A stretch of 48,262 nucleotides of DNA. Source: an uncultured Slackia sp. GTDB lineage: Bacteria; Actinomycetota; Coriobacteriia; Coriobacteriales; Eggerthellaceae. The notes beneath the pieces are model-generated. The model did no database searches. It saw only the letters and a program-made list of their open reading frames with translations, and was not told the origin of the DNA. The position numbers were made by a program, and so were the translations under genes. The stretch is taken from contig CAYTIS010000001.1 in the NCBI GenBank assembly GCA_964438035.1, forward strand, positions 1 through 48,262, read 5' to 3'. This document shows, in pieces, positions 10,446 through 18,769 of the stretch. The number at the start of each line of letters is the position of its first letter. The first letter of the stretch is position 1.

Positions 10446-10633
10446 GCCATACAGCCTAGCCCACAGACCTTGCCGGATCCTTGCCACCACGAGCATAAGG
10501 AGACCGAGATTTTAGCTTCGCTTGTGTTTAATCTACTCTCAAGCCCTTGGCCCTCACCACACGCTACGGACTGTTCTCGTTACCCCGCCCAGTGCCTTCC
10601 TCGTAATCCCTTTCAGACAGGTGAGCGATCGCT

Positions 10634-11236
10634 TCACACTCCTGAAAGGCGGGCTACCTCATGAGGGGATACGTCTCCAATGCGCAGAATACGAGGAGTG
10701 GGACCGGTGCAATCAACGATAGTGGAGGAGCGGCCACTGCGGGGCGCGTCGTCACCACAGGACGCCATCACCTGGTCGAGAAAGTCCGGAGCCACATCCG
10801 CATAGGTCTGCGGAGGTGCACACCCCTGAAAGTTCGCGCTGGAGGTGGCTAGAGGGCAGCCCACCCGGGCAATCAAGTTCAAGGCCACGGAATCATCCGG
10901 CATGCGCAGGGCCACCGTGCGCGCGCTTGAAGCAAAAGCGGACGGCACCGCATCGGAAGCAGCAACAACAAGGGTGATCGGCCCGGGCCAGAGCTTTGCC
11001 AGGTTACGGGCATAGGAAGGCACCTGCGTCCCGTAGACCGACAGCGCATCAAAATCGCCCACCAGCCAGGGAACGGCCTTGTCTGCATCACGCCGCTTCG
11101 CCGCAAAAACCTCCGCAGCAGACGATGTCCGCGCGATGGCCACGCCAATGCCGTAGACCGTATCAGTGGGAAACACCGCTGCCCGCCCCGCTTCTAAGAC
11201 CTGCACAACCGCCTCCACTGAACCGAATTGCGCCAT
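10634..11236 (-). CDS. tsaC: L-threonylcarbamoyladenylate synthase (TsaC/YrdC, single domain)
   Basis: FPTDTVYGI, KxR, WPGPIT, RMPD, TSSAN, SSTIVD; ATG 11236 behind AAGGAGG. Confidence 0.94.
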   Translation of the reverse strand: MAQFGSVEAVVQVLEAGRAAVFPTDTVYGIGVAIARTSSAAEVFAAKRRDADKAVPWLVGDFDALSVYGTQVPSYARNLAKLWPGPITLVVAASDAVPSAFASSARTVALRMPDDSVALNLIARVGCPLATSSANFQGCAPPQTYADVAPDFLDQVMASCGDDAPRSGRSSTIVDCTGPTPRILRIGDVSPHEVARLSGV

Positions 11237-11541
11237 GCGTCCTCCTTCGCCTGCCCTCCTGCTCAAGCACGATCTGGCCCATCTGTGACACATCGTAACC
11301 AATTACCGGACCCACGTCCTCCTGAAAGGCGCGTGTGCGCACGAGTCGATACGCAGCATCGGCAACCTCAATGCAAGCCGGAGTTTCGAGCAAGAAGACT
11401 ACGTCCAGCCATTCATCCTGAAGAGGCACAAAAAGTCAACGCCCTCCACCTGATGAGACGCGCGACCTTTGATTATAGGCTCTGGCAGCCCTCCACGAAG
11501 CATCTCTACTTGGACAAACCTTTGTGCAAAATGTGACGAAG

Positions 11542-11547
11542 TATGAT
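11542..11547 (+). promoter_or_regulatory. putative -10 (TATGAT) of the TOBE/Mop gene
   Basis: Near-consensus -10 about 165 nt upstream of the start; no good -35. Confidence 0.45.
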
Positions 11548-11713
11548 AAACCGAGGTCGCTTTTCTGCCTCCTCTTTACCCGAACCCGTGCCGCAGCGAT
11601 ACTCAGCTTGAGGCAAAAGACCCGACGGGTGGGGCCAGTCACAGAGATGACCGAAAGACCAATCTGAAGCCAACCAAAGTCCAGCCGTCGGACACGCAAA
11701 GAAAGGATCTGTC

Positions 11714-12139
11714 ATGAAGATTTCAGCACGCAACCAGCTCAAGGGCACCATCTCCGCCGTCGCCGAAGGTGCCGTCAACGGCGTAGTGACCATCAACGTG
11801 GGCGAAACCAGCATCAAGGCCGACATCACCATGGAGGCCATTAAGGATCTGAACCTGGTGGAGGGCATGGATGCCTACGCCATTATCAAGGCCACCAACG
11901 TCATGTTCGCCATCGGCTCCGAGCGGATTGCTGGCATATCGGCCCGCAACCAGCTCGCGGGTACTGTAGAAACCGTGCAGAAGGGGGCCGTCAACGGACA
12001 CGTAACCCTACGCCTAGCCGATGGTAGCCGCATCAAAGGTTCGATCACGAACGAGGCCATTGAGAATCTCGGTTTGGCCGAAGGGGTTTCGGCGCTCGCC
12101 GTGGTGAAGGCCACCGACGTGATTGTAGGCGTCGAATAG
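11714..12139 (+). CDS. di-Mop/TOBE molybdate-binding protein (ModG-like molbindin)
   Basis: Two SARNQLxG...IT.EAI..L.L..G..A.A..KAT.V repeats. Confidence 0.93.
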   Translation: MKISARNQLKGTISAVAEGAVNGVVTINVGETSIKADITMEAIKDLNLVEGMDAYAIIKATNVMFAIGSERIAGISARNQLAGTVETVQKGAVNGHVTLRLADGSRIKGSITNEAIENLGLAEGVSALAVVKATDVIVGVE

Positions 12140-12270
12140 ATTGAACCTCAATTCCCTACGACAGATAGAGTAGTGCACGCATGCTGCCGTGAGGACTCTG
12201 TTGCTCATCGATGACGGTTCCGTTACGAAACACCACCGTTCAGAATTCATTCACACCGCCTCCGTATTGT

Positions 12271-12300
12271 GACTCCTGCGGCTTTCAGCAGGAGTTTCAC
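12271..12300 (+). terminator. hairpin downstream of the Mop gene, probable terminator
   Basis: ACTCCTGC/GCAGGAGT stem followed by TTT. Confidence 0.5.
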
Positions 12301-12507
12301 TGCCTTCTTGGCGCGAGGCGCACCGATAGGGCGCACGGGTGAGACAGTTCAGAGCAAGCACGTTCCTCAACACCTGAAATGATCAGGTTCGGCGCAACCA
12401 GGTTCGTCAAAACAGCCTGAAGCACGCAGTTGCTGTCGCTTTCCACCTCAGCCTGCAGGCCCAACCCCTTGAAAGCCCCCGACACACCGCAAGCAAGAGG
12501 GCGCACC

Positions 12508-12921
12508 ATGAGCTTTTTTAATCGATTCCCCTATCGCCTGGCCGCATGGATGGAAGGCCGACGCGGCGTTGACCACCTGTCCAACTCGCTCGTCATCGTG
12601 GCCATCGCCTGCATCGTGCTCGACATGCTCACGGGAATCGAAATCATCTACGCCATTGGCCTGGTGGCGCTTGTCGTTGCGCTCCTGCGCATCTTCTCTC
12701 GCAACATCGCAGCCCGCGAGCGCGAAAACGCCGCCTATGAAAGGCTTATGACCAAGCCGCGCGCCTTCTTTTCAGGCGGCAGCGCGATGTGGAAAAACCG
12801 CAAAACCACGGTGTATTTCAGGTGTTGCAGCTGCAACACCCTGCTTTCCGTCCCGCGCGGCAAGGGCACAATTCGCGTAACCTGCCCCAAGTGCCACACA
12901 CAGCAGGTCAGGAAATCCTAG
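12508..12921 (+). CDS. membrane protein with C-terminal Zn-ribbon
   Basis: Two hydrophobic helices, RIFSRNIAARERENA, then CCSC-x16-CPKC (SVPRGKG); ATG 12508 after AAGAGG. Confidence 0.85.
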   Translation: MSFFNRFPYRLAAWMEGRRGVDHLSNSLVIVAIACIVLDMLTGIEIIYAIGLVALVVALLRIFSRNIAARERENAAYERLMTKPRAFFSGGSAMWKNRKTTVYFRCCSCNTLLSVPRGKGTIRVTCPKCHTQQVRKS

Positions 12922-12922
12922 C

Positions 12923-13849
12923 GTGTTTGGATACCTTGCCGCCAGCGAACCCGACCTCTCTCCCGAAGAACTCAGGCGCTACCAAGCGCACTACTGCGGC
13001 ATCTGCCGCGCCATCGGCGTGCGCGCAGGTCAGAGATGCCGTGTAGTTCTTGATCACGACCTGGTATTTCTCTCGCTTCTGCACGGCTCACTCTCCGATA
13101 ATGCCGAAACCGAGCGCCCCGGGCGCTGTTTGGTACATCCCCTGCGTGCCCATCGCTTTCTCAACACCACCCATACTGATTATGCGGCCGACCTCAACGT
13201 GGCTTTGGCCTATCACAAGGCCCTCGATGACTGGACCGACGATCACAGCGTCCCCGCGCGCGGAGCTGCCGCCCTCCTTGAAGCTCCCTACCAGCGCATC
13301 CGCGCGCGCCTGAGCCGCCAGTGTGAGGCCATTGAGCAGGGGCTTGCTGCCATCTCCGAGATTGAGCACGCGAGCCACTCCAACCCAGACGAGGCAGCGG
13401 CCCTGTTCGGGCGCATCATGGGCGAACTCTTCGTAGACGATCCCACCTCGGTGTGGGCACCGAGCCTCTATGCCCTGGGCGAGCGGCTGGGTCGCTTCAT
13501 CTACCTGATGGACGCCCTCTGCGATGTGGAGCGCGACCGCGCCAGAGGCCGCTACAACCCACTTGTAGGGATGGATGGTGCCGTGCCGGTCGCCCTTGAT
13601 GCGCTGGAGGTATTGGCCGGACAGGTGGCGGCTGTCTTTGAGAAGCTGCCGCTCGAACGCGATCTCCACCTGCTGCGCAGCGTCATCTACAGGGGCATGT
13701 GGAGCCGCTGGCGCACCCAGGAAGCACGGCGCACAAAGCAGACTCGACGCTACCGCAGTGAGGAAATAAACGGCAGCCCCAGCCCAGCCCCCTCTTGCCC
13801 GCATCACAACCGTCCCCAACCCCGCCAGCCCCTGAAGGAGAACGCCTGA
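12923..13849 (+). CDS. DUF5685-like protein with two Asp-rich motifs
   Basis: MFGY start, HYCGIC, CxxHP, YAADLNV..YHKALDDWTDD, LGRFIYLMDAxxDxxxDxxxGxYNP; family name from recall. Confidence 0.82.
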   Translation: MFGYLAASEPDLSPEELRRYQAHYCGICRAIGVRAGQRCRVVLDHDLVFLSLLHGSLSDNAETERPGRCLVHPLRAHRFLNTTHTDYAADLNVALAYHKALDDWTDDHSVPARGAAALLEAPYQRIRARLSRQCEAIEQGLAAISEIEHASHSNPDEAAALFGRIMGELFVDDPTSVWAPSLYALGERLGRFIYLMDALCDVERDRARGRYNPLVGMDGAVPVALDALEVLAGQVAAVFEKLPLERDLHLLRSVIYRGMWSRWRTQEARRTKQTRRYRSEEINGSPSPAPSCPHHNRPQPRQPLKENA

Positions 13850-14646
13850 TGACCAAAGATCCCTACGAGGTTTTAGGGATAGACCGCAACGCCTCCTCTG
13901 ACGAGGTGAAGCGGGCCTACCGCAGGAAGGCTCGCGAGAATCACCCCGACCTCAATCCCAATGACTCCGAGGCGGCTCGCCGCATGAACGAGGTCAACGA
14001 GGCCTACGACCGCATCATGAACCCCTCCAAGTACGAAGCAGCCGACCGGCGCGCTCAGGCGGCACGCGGCCAAGCAGGCGGCACGCGCACAAGCACCTCG
14101 AGCCAGGGCGGATACACAAGCGGGCCAAGCGGCTATGGCTACGGCAACCCCTACGGCCAGGGCGGTGCGCAGGGCTGGACCGTCTTCGACTTTGACGACC
14201 TCTTCGGCTTTGGCGGCTTTGGTAACGCCGACGGTGCGCCTATTCGCCCCGAGCCCTCGCCGCGCGACTCTGTGACCGTACGCAACGCGATTAATGACAT
14301 CAATGCCGGACAGTACCAGCGCGCCATCTCCACCCTCAACACCGTAGTAAGCACCGAGCGCAACGCCCGGTGGCACTACCTTGTGGCCATCGCCAACCAC
14401 GGATGCGGCAACACCCTGGCAGCCGTCGAACATATCCGTAAAGCTGTGCAGATGGAGCCACACAACCAGGACTACCTCCACGCCCAGCGGGCCTTCCAAT
14501 ACTCCGGCAGCGCCTATCGGCAGCAGGGCCAAGACCACGGGTTCACCGTGACCTCAATCAGCCCCTTCACCCTCTGTCTAGGCATATGGTGCTGCGGACC
14601 ATCGCTGTGCCGCATGTGTACGGCAGGGCCCGGATTCTACATCTGA
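13849..14646 (+). CDS. J-domain protein with G/F-like linker, TPR and Cys-rich C-terminal tail
   Basis: DPYEVLG...HPD J domain; TPR-like [10 protein letters not shown]...AVQMEPHN; TGATG overlap with the upstream gene; RBS GAAGGAG. Confidence 0.92.
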   Translation: MTKDPYEVLGIDRNASSDEVKRAYRRKARENHPDLNPNDSEAARRMNEVNEAYDRIMNPSKYEAADRRAQAARGQAGGTRTSTSSQGGYTSGPSGYGYGNPYGQGGAQGWTVFDFDDLFGFGGFGNADGAPIRPEPSPRDSVTVRNAINDINAGQYQRAISTLNTVVSTERNARWHYLVAIANHGCGNTLAAVEHIRKAVQMEPHNQDYLHAQRAFQYSGSAYRQQGQDHGFTVTSISPFTLCLGIWCCGPSLCRMCTAGPGFYI

Positions 14647-14713
14647 TAAGACTAAAAGCAGGACAAGGCGCAGGCAGCAAGACCAGGCAGGCGCGCGAGA
14701 CAAAGGAGCAGAC

Positions 14714-16492
14714 ATGACAGCCATAGGAATCGACCTGGGCACCACAAACAGCTGTATGGCGACAGTCGAAGGCGGACGGCCCACCATCATCCCTAATGCA
14801 GAGGGAGACCGCACCACCCCCAGCGTGGTGGCGTTCACCAAAGACGGACAGCGCCTGGTGGGTACGGCGGCGGCACGACAGGCGGCTACCAACCCCAGCC
14901 GCACCATCGCCTCGGTTAAACGCCACATGGGCACCGATTGGGAGATTCGCACTGACGGGCGCACGCGCGGCCCGCAGGAAATTTCGGCCATGGTGCTGCG
15001 CAAGCTGCGTGAGGATGCCGAAGCCTATCTGGGACGCGAGGTGACCCAAGCCGTCATCACCGTGCCGGCCTACTTCAATAACACCCAACGCCAGGCCACC
15101 AAGGATGCCGGGCGCATCGCGGGCCTTGACGTGCTGCGTATCATCAATGAACCCACAAGCGCGGCTTTGGCCTACGGCTTGGCCAACGGCTCACGCCAGA
15201 AGGTCATGGTCTATGACTTGGGCGGAGGCACTTTCGACGTATCCATCATTGAAATTGGTGACGATGTCATCGAGGTGCTGGCCACATCAGGCGATAACCA
15301 CCTGGGAGGCGATGACTTCGACGAGCGGGTGGCCCAAGCGCTGGCCGAGGGATTCAAGCGCGCCACCGGGGCCAACCCCATGAGCGACCCGCAGTCGGCC
15401 CAGCGCGTGCGCGAGGCCGCCCGCCAGGCCAAAGAGGAGCTTTCAGCCTCCGAATCCAGCCACGTGAACCTACCCTATCTCGTGCAAGGGCCGCAGGGAC
15501 CGCTGCACATGGACATGCAGCTGACGCGCACCCAGTTCGATGAGATGACCGCCGACCTGGTGGAACGCACCCGCGAACCCGTGGAGCGCGCGCTTGATGA
15601 CGCAGGTATCGCCGCCTCCGAGCTGGGAAGCGTACTGCTGGTAGGCGGCTCCACCCGCATCCCGGCCGTACAGCGCTTTGTCCAGCAGCTCACCGGCAAG
15701 CAGCCCTCCTCGTCGATCAATCCCGACGAGTGTGTGGCCCTGGGTGCCGCCATCCAGGCTGACACGCTCAGCAGCTCCCAAACCGGGATTGTGCGCGCAA
15801 GCGATTCCATGCTGCTACTGGATGTCACTCCCTTAAGCCTGTCCATTGAAACGGTGGGTGGGGTGGCAACGCGCATCATTGAGCGCAACACCACGCTGCC
15901 GGCGCATTACTCACAGGTGTTTACCACGGCGGCATCGTTCCAGTCCAGCGTTGAAATTCACGTGCTTCAGGGTGAGCGACCCATGGCGGCCGACAATAAG
16001 ACCATCGGCAAGTTTCGCCTCAAGGGCATCAAACGCGCGGCGGCCGGTGTCCCACGCATCGAGGTGACTTTCGACATTGATGCCAACGGAATCCTTCAGG
16101 TGACGGCCAAAGATCTTGATACTGGCAAGGAGCAATCCATCACCGTAACCGACTCAGGCAAAATGTCCGATGCCGAGGTAGCAGCTGCCATCCGCGATGC
16201 TGAGGAAAATGCCGCCCAGGACTCGGCTCGCCGCGAAGGTATGCAGGCGCGCGACGAGGCATTGAAACTGCTTGACGAGGTGGGCCGCGCTCTTGCATCC
16301 AAGCCCTGCCGCAAGCTCGACCGTGACGAGAAACGCCGGATAAAAGATGCCGAAAAGGCCCTGCGCAGGCTCGTAGATGCACGCGGGGGCGCTAAGACTG
16401 AGGCAGAGGTGACAGCGCTTCGTCAGGCCATGGCAACCTTGGAAAGCGAGAGTGCTCACGCCCGCCAGCTCGCCCAAGAGGGTGAGGCATAA
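14714..16492 (+). CDS. Hsp70 family chaperone (DnaK paralog)
   Basis: [50 protein letters not shown] linker, [12 protein letters not shown]; no grpE nearby. Confidence 0.95.
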   Translation: MTAIGIDLGTTNSCMATVEGGRPTIIPNAEGDRTTPSVVAFTKDGQRLVGTAAARQAATNPSRTIASVKRHMGTDWEIRTDGRTRGPQEISAMVLRKLREDAEAYLGREVTQAVITVPAYFNNTQRQATKDAGRIAGLDVLRIINEPTSAALAYGLANGSRQKVMVYDLGGGTFDVSIIEIGDDVIEVLATSGDNHLGGDDFDERVAQALAEGFKRATGANPMSDPQSAQRVREAARQAKEELSASESSHVNLPYLVQGPQGPLHMDMQLTRTQFDEMTADLVERTREPVERALDDAGIAASELGSVLLVGGSTRIPAVQRFVQQLTGKQPSSSINPDECVALGAAIQADTLSSSQTGIVRASDSMLLLDVTPLSLSIETVGGVATRIIERNTTLPAHYSQVFTTAASFQSSVEIHVLQGERPMAADNKTIGKFRLKGIKRAAAGVPRIEVTFDIDANGILQVTAKDLDTGKEQSITVTDSGKMSDAEVAAAIRDAEENAAQDSARREGMQARDEALKLLDEVGRALASKPCRKLDRDEKRRIKDAEKALRRLVDARGGAKTEAEVTALRQAMATLESESAHARQLAQEGEA

Positions 16493-16531
16493 GAGCGGCC
16501 TCATCTGTCCCACCTCGCAGGACGCGGATTC

Positions 16532-17815
16532 TCACGCTCCTTCGGTACCAGACCCAGACCCCTGCGGGTTGTTCGAATCCGCAGGCTCTCTCAAAACGTC
16601 GGCATCGCCTTTGCCCGGGCTGTCGTCTGCATCTTTTTTGGCATCAGCGCTGTTTAAGCCGCTGCCATCCGCGTCGTTTGCAGCGCCACCACTGCCCGCA
16701 TCCTTGTGCGATGTGGTTGTTCTGCCGTGGTAGTGGTGGCGCAGCACCGGCTCCAGAATCCCCAACGCCATGAGGATGGCAAAGGACACGAGTGCCAGGG
16801 CGATAAACACGGCAAGCACCCACATACCCGACGTATTCGAGATGCAATACGCACCCCCTGCCAGCACAAGCGTCCACGCGTACACAATGAGCACCGAGGT
16901 GCGCATCGGAAATCCCCTAAGCAGCCGATGATGCAGGTGTTTAGTATCGGCCTGCTGGATGGGCTGATGGTCTTTGAGGCGCCGTAAAATCGCCACGAGC
17001 GCATCAACGATGGGAATTGCCGCGACAATCAGCGGGGCCGCCAGCACCACCACCGTGGGAGAGCGAATTACACCCAAAAGCGATATTACGCCCAGCATGG
17101 CTCCGATAAAAAGTGACCCTGAATCACCCATAAAGATGCTTGCCGGCGCAAAGTTGTACCGCAAAAACGCCAGGGTGGCACCCAGAAGCACGATAGCGAA
17201 CATGGCCGTCTCAGGGCGGAATTTATCAATCGCGATGACGAACAGGGTTCCCGACGCAATCGCCACGATACCTGCCGCCAAGCCGTCCAAGCCATCCACC
17301 AGATTGATGACGTTCATGAATCCCACCAGATAGAACACCGTAATGGGATAAGCAAGCCAACCAAACTCAATAAAGCCCGGTCCAAAGGGATTTTTGATCG
17401 AAGCTAACAGCACACCCGAAAACACAATCACGCAGGCACCAGCAATCTGGCCCAAGAGCTTGGTGCGCGGCGTCAGCGAGCGCACGTCGTCAATTGCGCC
17501 CACCAGGCACACAAACGCCAAGCCTGCCATCACCCCTGCATAGTTCACATTCAGCTCCACCGAGGAGCGATACAAGTCCATCCAGTCGAGCAGCCCCTCG
17601 CCCACCACCTCAAGCACAAGCGCCGCAAACACGCCCATGAACATCGTGATGCCACCCATACGGGGCATGGGTTTGGTGTTCACGCGGCGGGCGGAGGGGT
17701 AGTCAATTGCATTGAGCTTAAACGCCAGGCGCTTGGCGAGCGGCACGCACGCAAACGTCACCACAAAAGAGATGATGCCCAAAAACAGCAGATGGAATGT
17801 CTGCACCGAATCCAT
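16532..17815 (-). CDS. undecaprenyl-phosphate GlcNAc-1-phosphate transferase (WecA/TagO, MraY family)
   Basis: PRMGG, GAIDD, NVINLVDGLDGL, FMGDSGS, HLHHRL. Confidence 0.92.
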   Translation of the reverse strand: MDSVQTFHLLFLGIISFVVTFACVPLAKRLAFKLNAIDYPSARRVNTKPMPRMGGITMFMGVFAALVLEVVGEGLLDWMDLYRSSVELNVNYAGVMAGLAFVCLVGAIDDVRSLTPRTKLLGQIAGACVIVFSGVLLASIKNPFGPGFIEFGWLAYPITVFYLVGFMNVINLVDGLDGLAAGIVAIASGTLFVIAIDKFRPETAMFAIVLLGATLAFLRYNFAPASIFMGDSGSLFIGAMLGVISLLGVIRSPTVVVLAAPLIVAAIPIVDALVAILRRLKDHQPIQQADTKHLHHRLLRGFPMRTSVLIVYAWTLVLAGGAYCISNTSGMWVLAVFIALALVSFAILMALGILEPVLRHHYHGRTTTSHKDAGSGGAANDADGSGLNSADAKKDADDSPGKGDADVLREPADSNNPQGSGSGTEGA

Positions 17816-17818
17816 CTT

Positions 17819-18769
17819 CTACACGTTTCTCTTTTCGTAGAACTCGATAGCAGAGGCGATGTTACCCTCGAAGATGGCCTTGCCCTGTTCAAGCACAATA
17901 CCACGCCGACAAAACTCGCGAGCCGAGGCTGAGGAATGCGTAACAAACAGAATCGTCACGTGGGAATCGGACATGATCTCGTGCACACGACTCAAGCATT
18001 TCTTGCGAAAGTTCTTGTCACCCACCGAAAGCGCCTCGTCCACCACAAGGATGTCAGGCTTGATGGAGCTTGCAAAGGCAAAGCCCAGGCGCGCGCGCAT
18101 ACCACTCGAATAGGTGCGCATGGGCTGGTCGATATAATCACCCAGCTCAGCAAACTCGATGATACCGGGTTCAAGCTCCCGAATCTGCTGACTGGACAGC
18201 CCCCACAGCTGCCCGCGAAACACGATGTTCTCGCGCCCGGAAAGCTGCGGGTCAAAGCCGGCAGAAAGTTCAAGCAGCGCACTCACCCGACCATGCACGG
18301 TCACGCGTCCGCTGGTAGGAAACACCACGCCCGTGATGAGCTTGAGCGCGGTGGATTTGCCCGCGCCGTTATCACCGATAAAAGCCACTGCCTCGCCGCG
18401 CCCAATCGAAAACGAAAGGTCGTTATTGGCGTTGACCGCCTTGTAAGAAGCCCGCTTGGAGAAGGCTGCCAAAAAGCGCGCTCGATCGCTCTTGAAGAGC
18501 TTGTAGGTTTTCGTGACGTGCTCGAAGCAAATCGCCATCGGCGCATCCGCATCTTCATCGCGCACCACCAGCGGGCGCAGAAATTCGGAAGCAGACGCTT
18601 CAGAGGGAGCATCCGAGGCCGCAGCCTGAGCTGGAACGTGGGCCTGTGCCTTGACCGGAGCCTTAATCGCAACTACCGGCGCGTCAGAGGCGGATGCCTT
18701 AGCTGCCACCACGGGACTTTCGGCTGTGGATGCTTCGGCTTGGGATGGAGAGGCTTTGCTAGATGACAT
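17819..18769 (-). CDS. polysaccharide/teichoic acid ABC exporter ATPase (Wzt/TagH-like)
   Basis: GDNGAGKST, YSSGMRARLGF, VVDEALSVGD, VTH. Confidence 0.92.
   Translation of the reverse strand: MSSSKASPSQAEASTAESPVVAAKASASDAPVVAIKAPVKAQAHVPAQAAASDAPSEASASEFLRPLVVRDEDADAPMAICFEHVTKTYKLFKSDRARFLAAFSKRASYKAVNANNDLSFSIGRGEAVAFIGDNGAGKSTALKLITGVVFPTSGRVTVHGRVSALLELSAGFDPQLSGRENIVFRGQLWGLSSQQIRELEPGIIEFAELGDYIDQPMRTYSSGMRARLGFAFASSIKPDILVVDEALSVGDKNFRKKCLSRVHEIMSDSHVTILFVTHSSASAREFCRRGIVLEQGKAIFEGNIASAIEFYEKRNV

Noticed and set aside
11163-11429. 88-aa ORF upstream of tsaC
   Set aside because: Overlaps tsaC by 74 nt, poor SD spacing, no recognisable motif
16561-16585. GTTCGAATCC, resembling a tRNA T-loop
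   Set aside because: Lies inside the wecA coding region; no cloverleaf can be built
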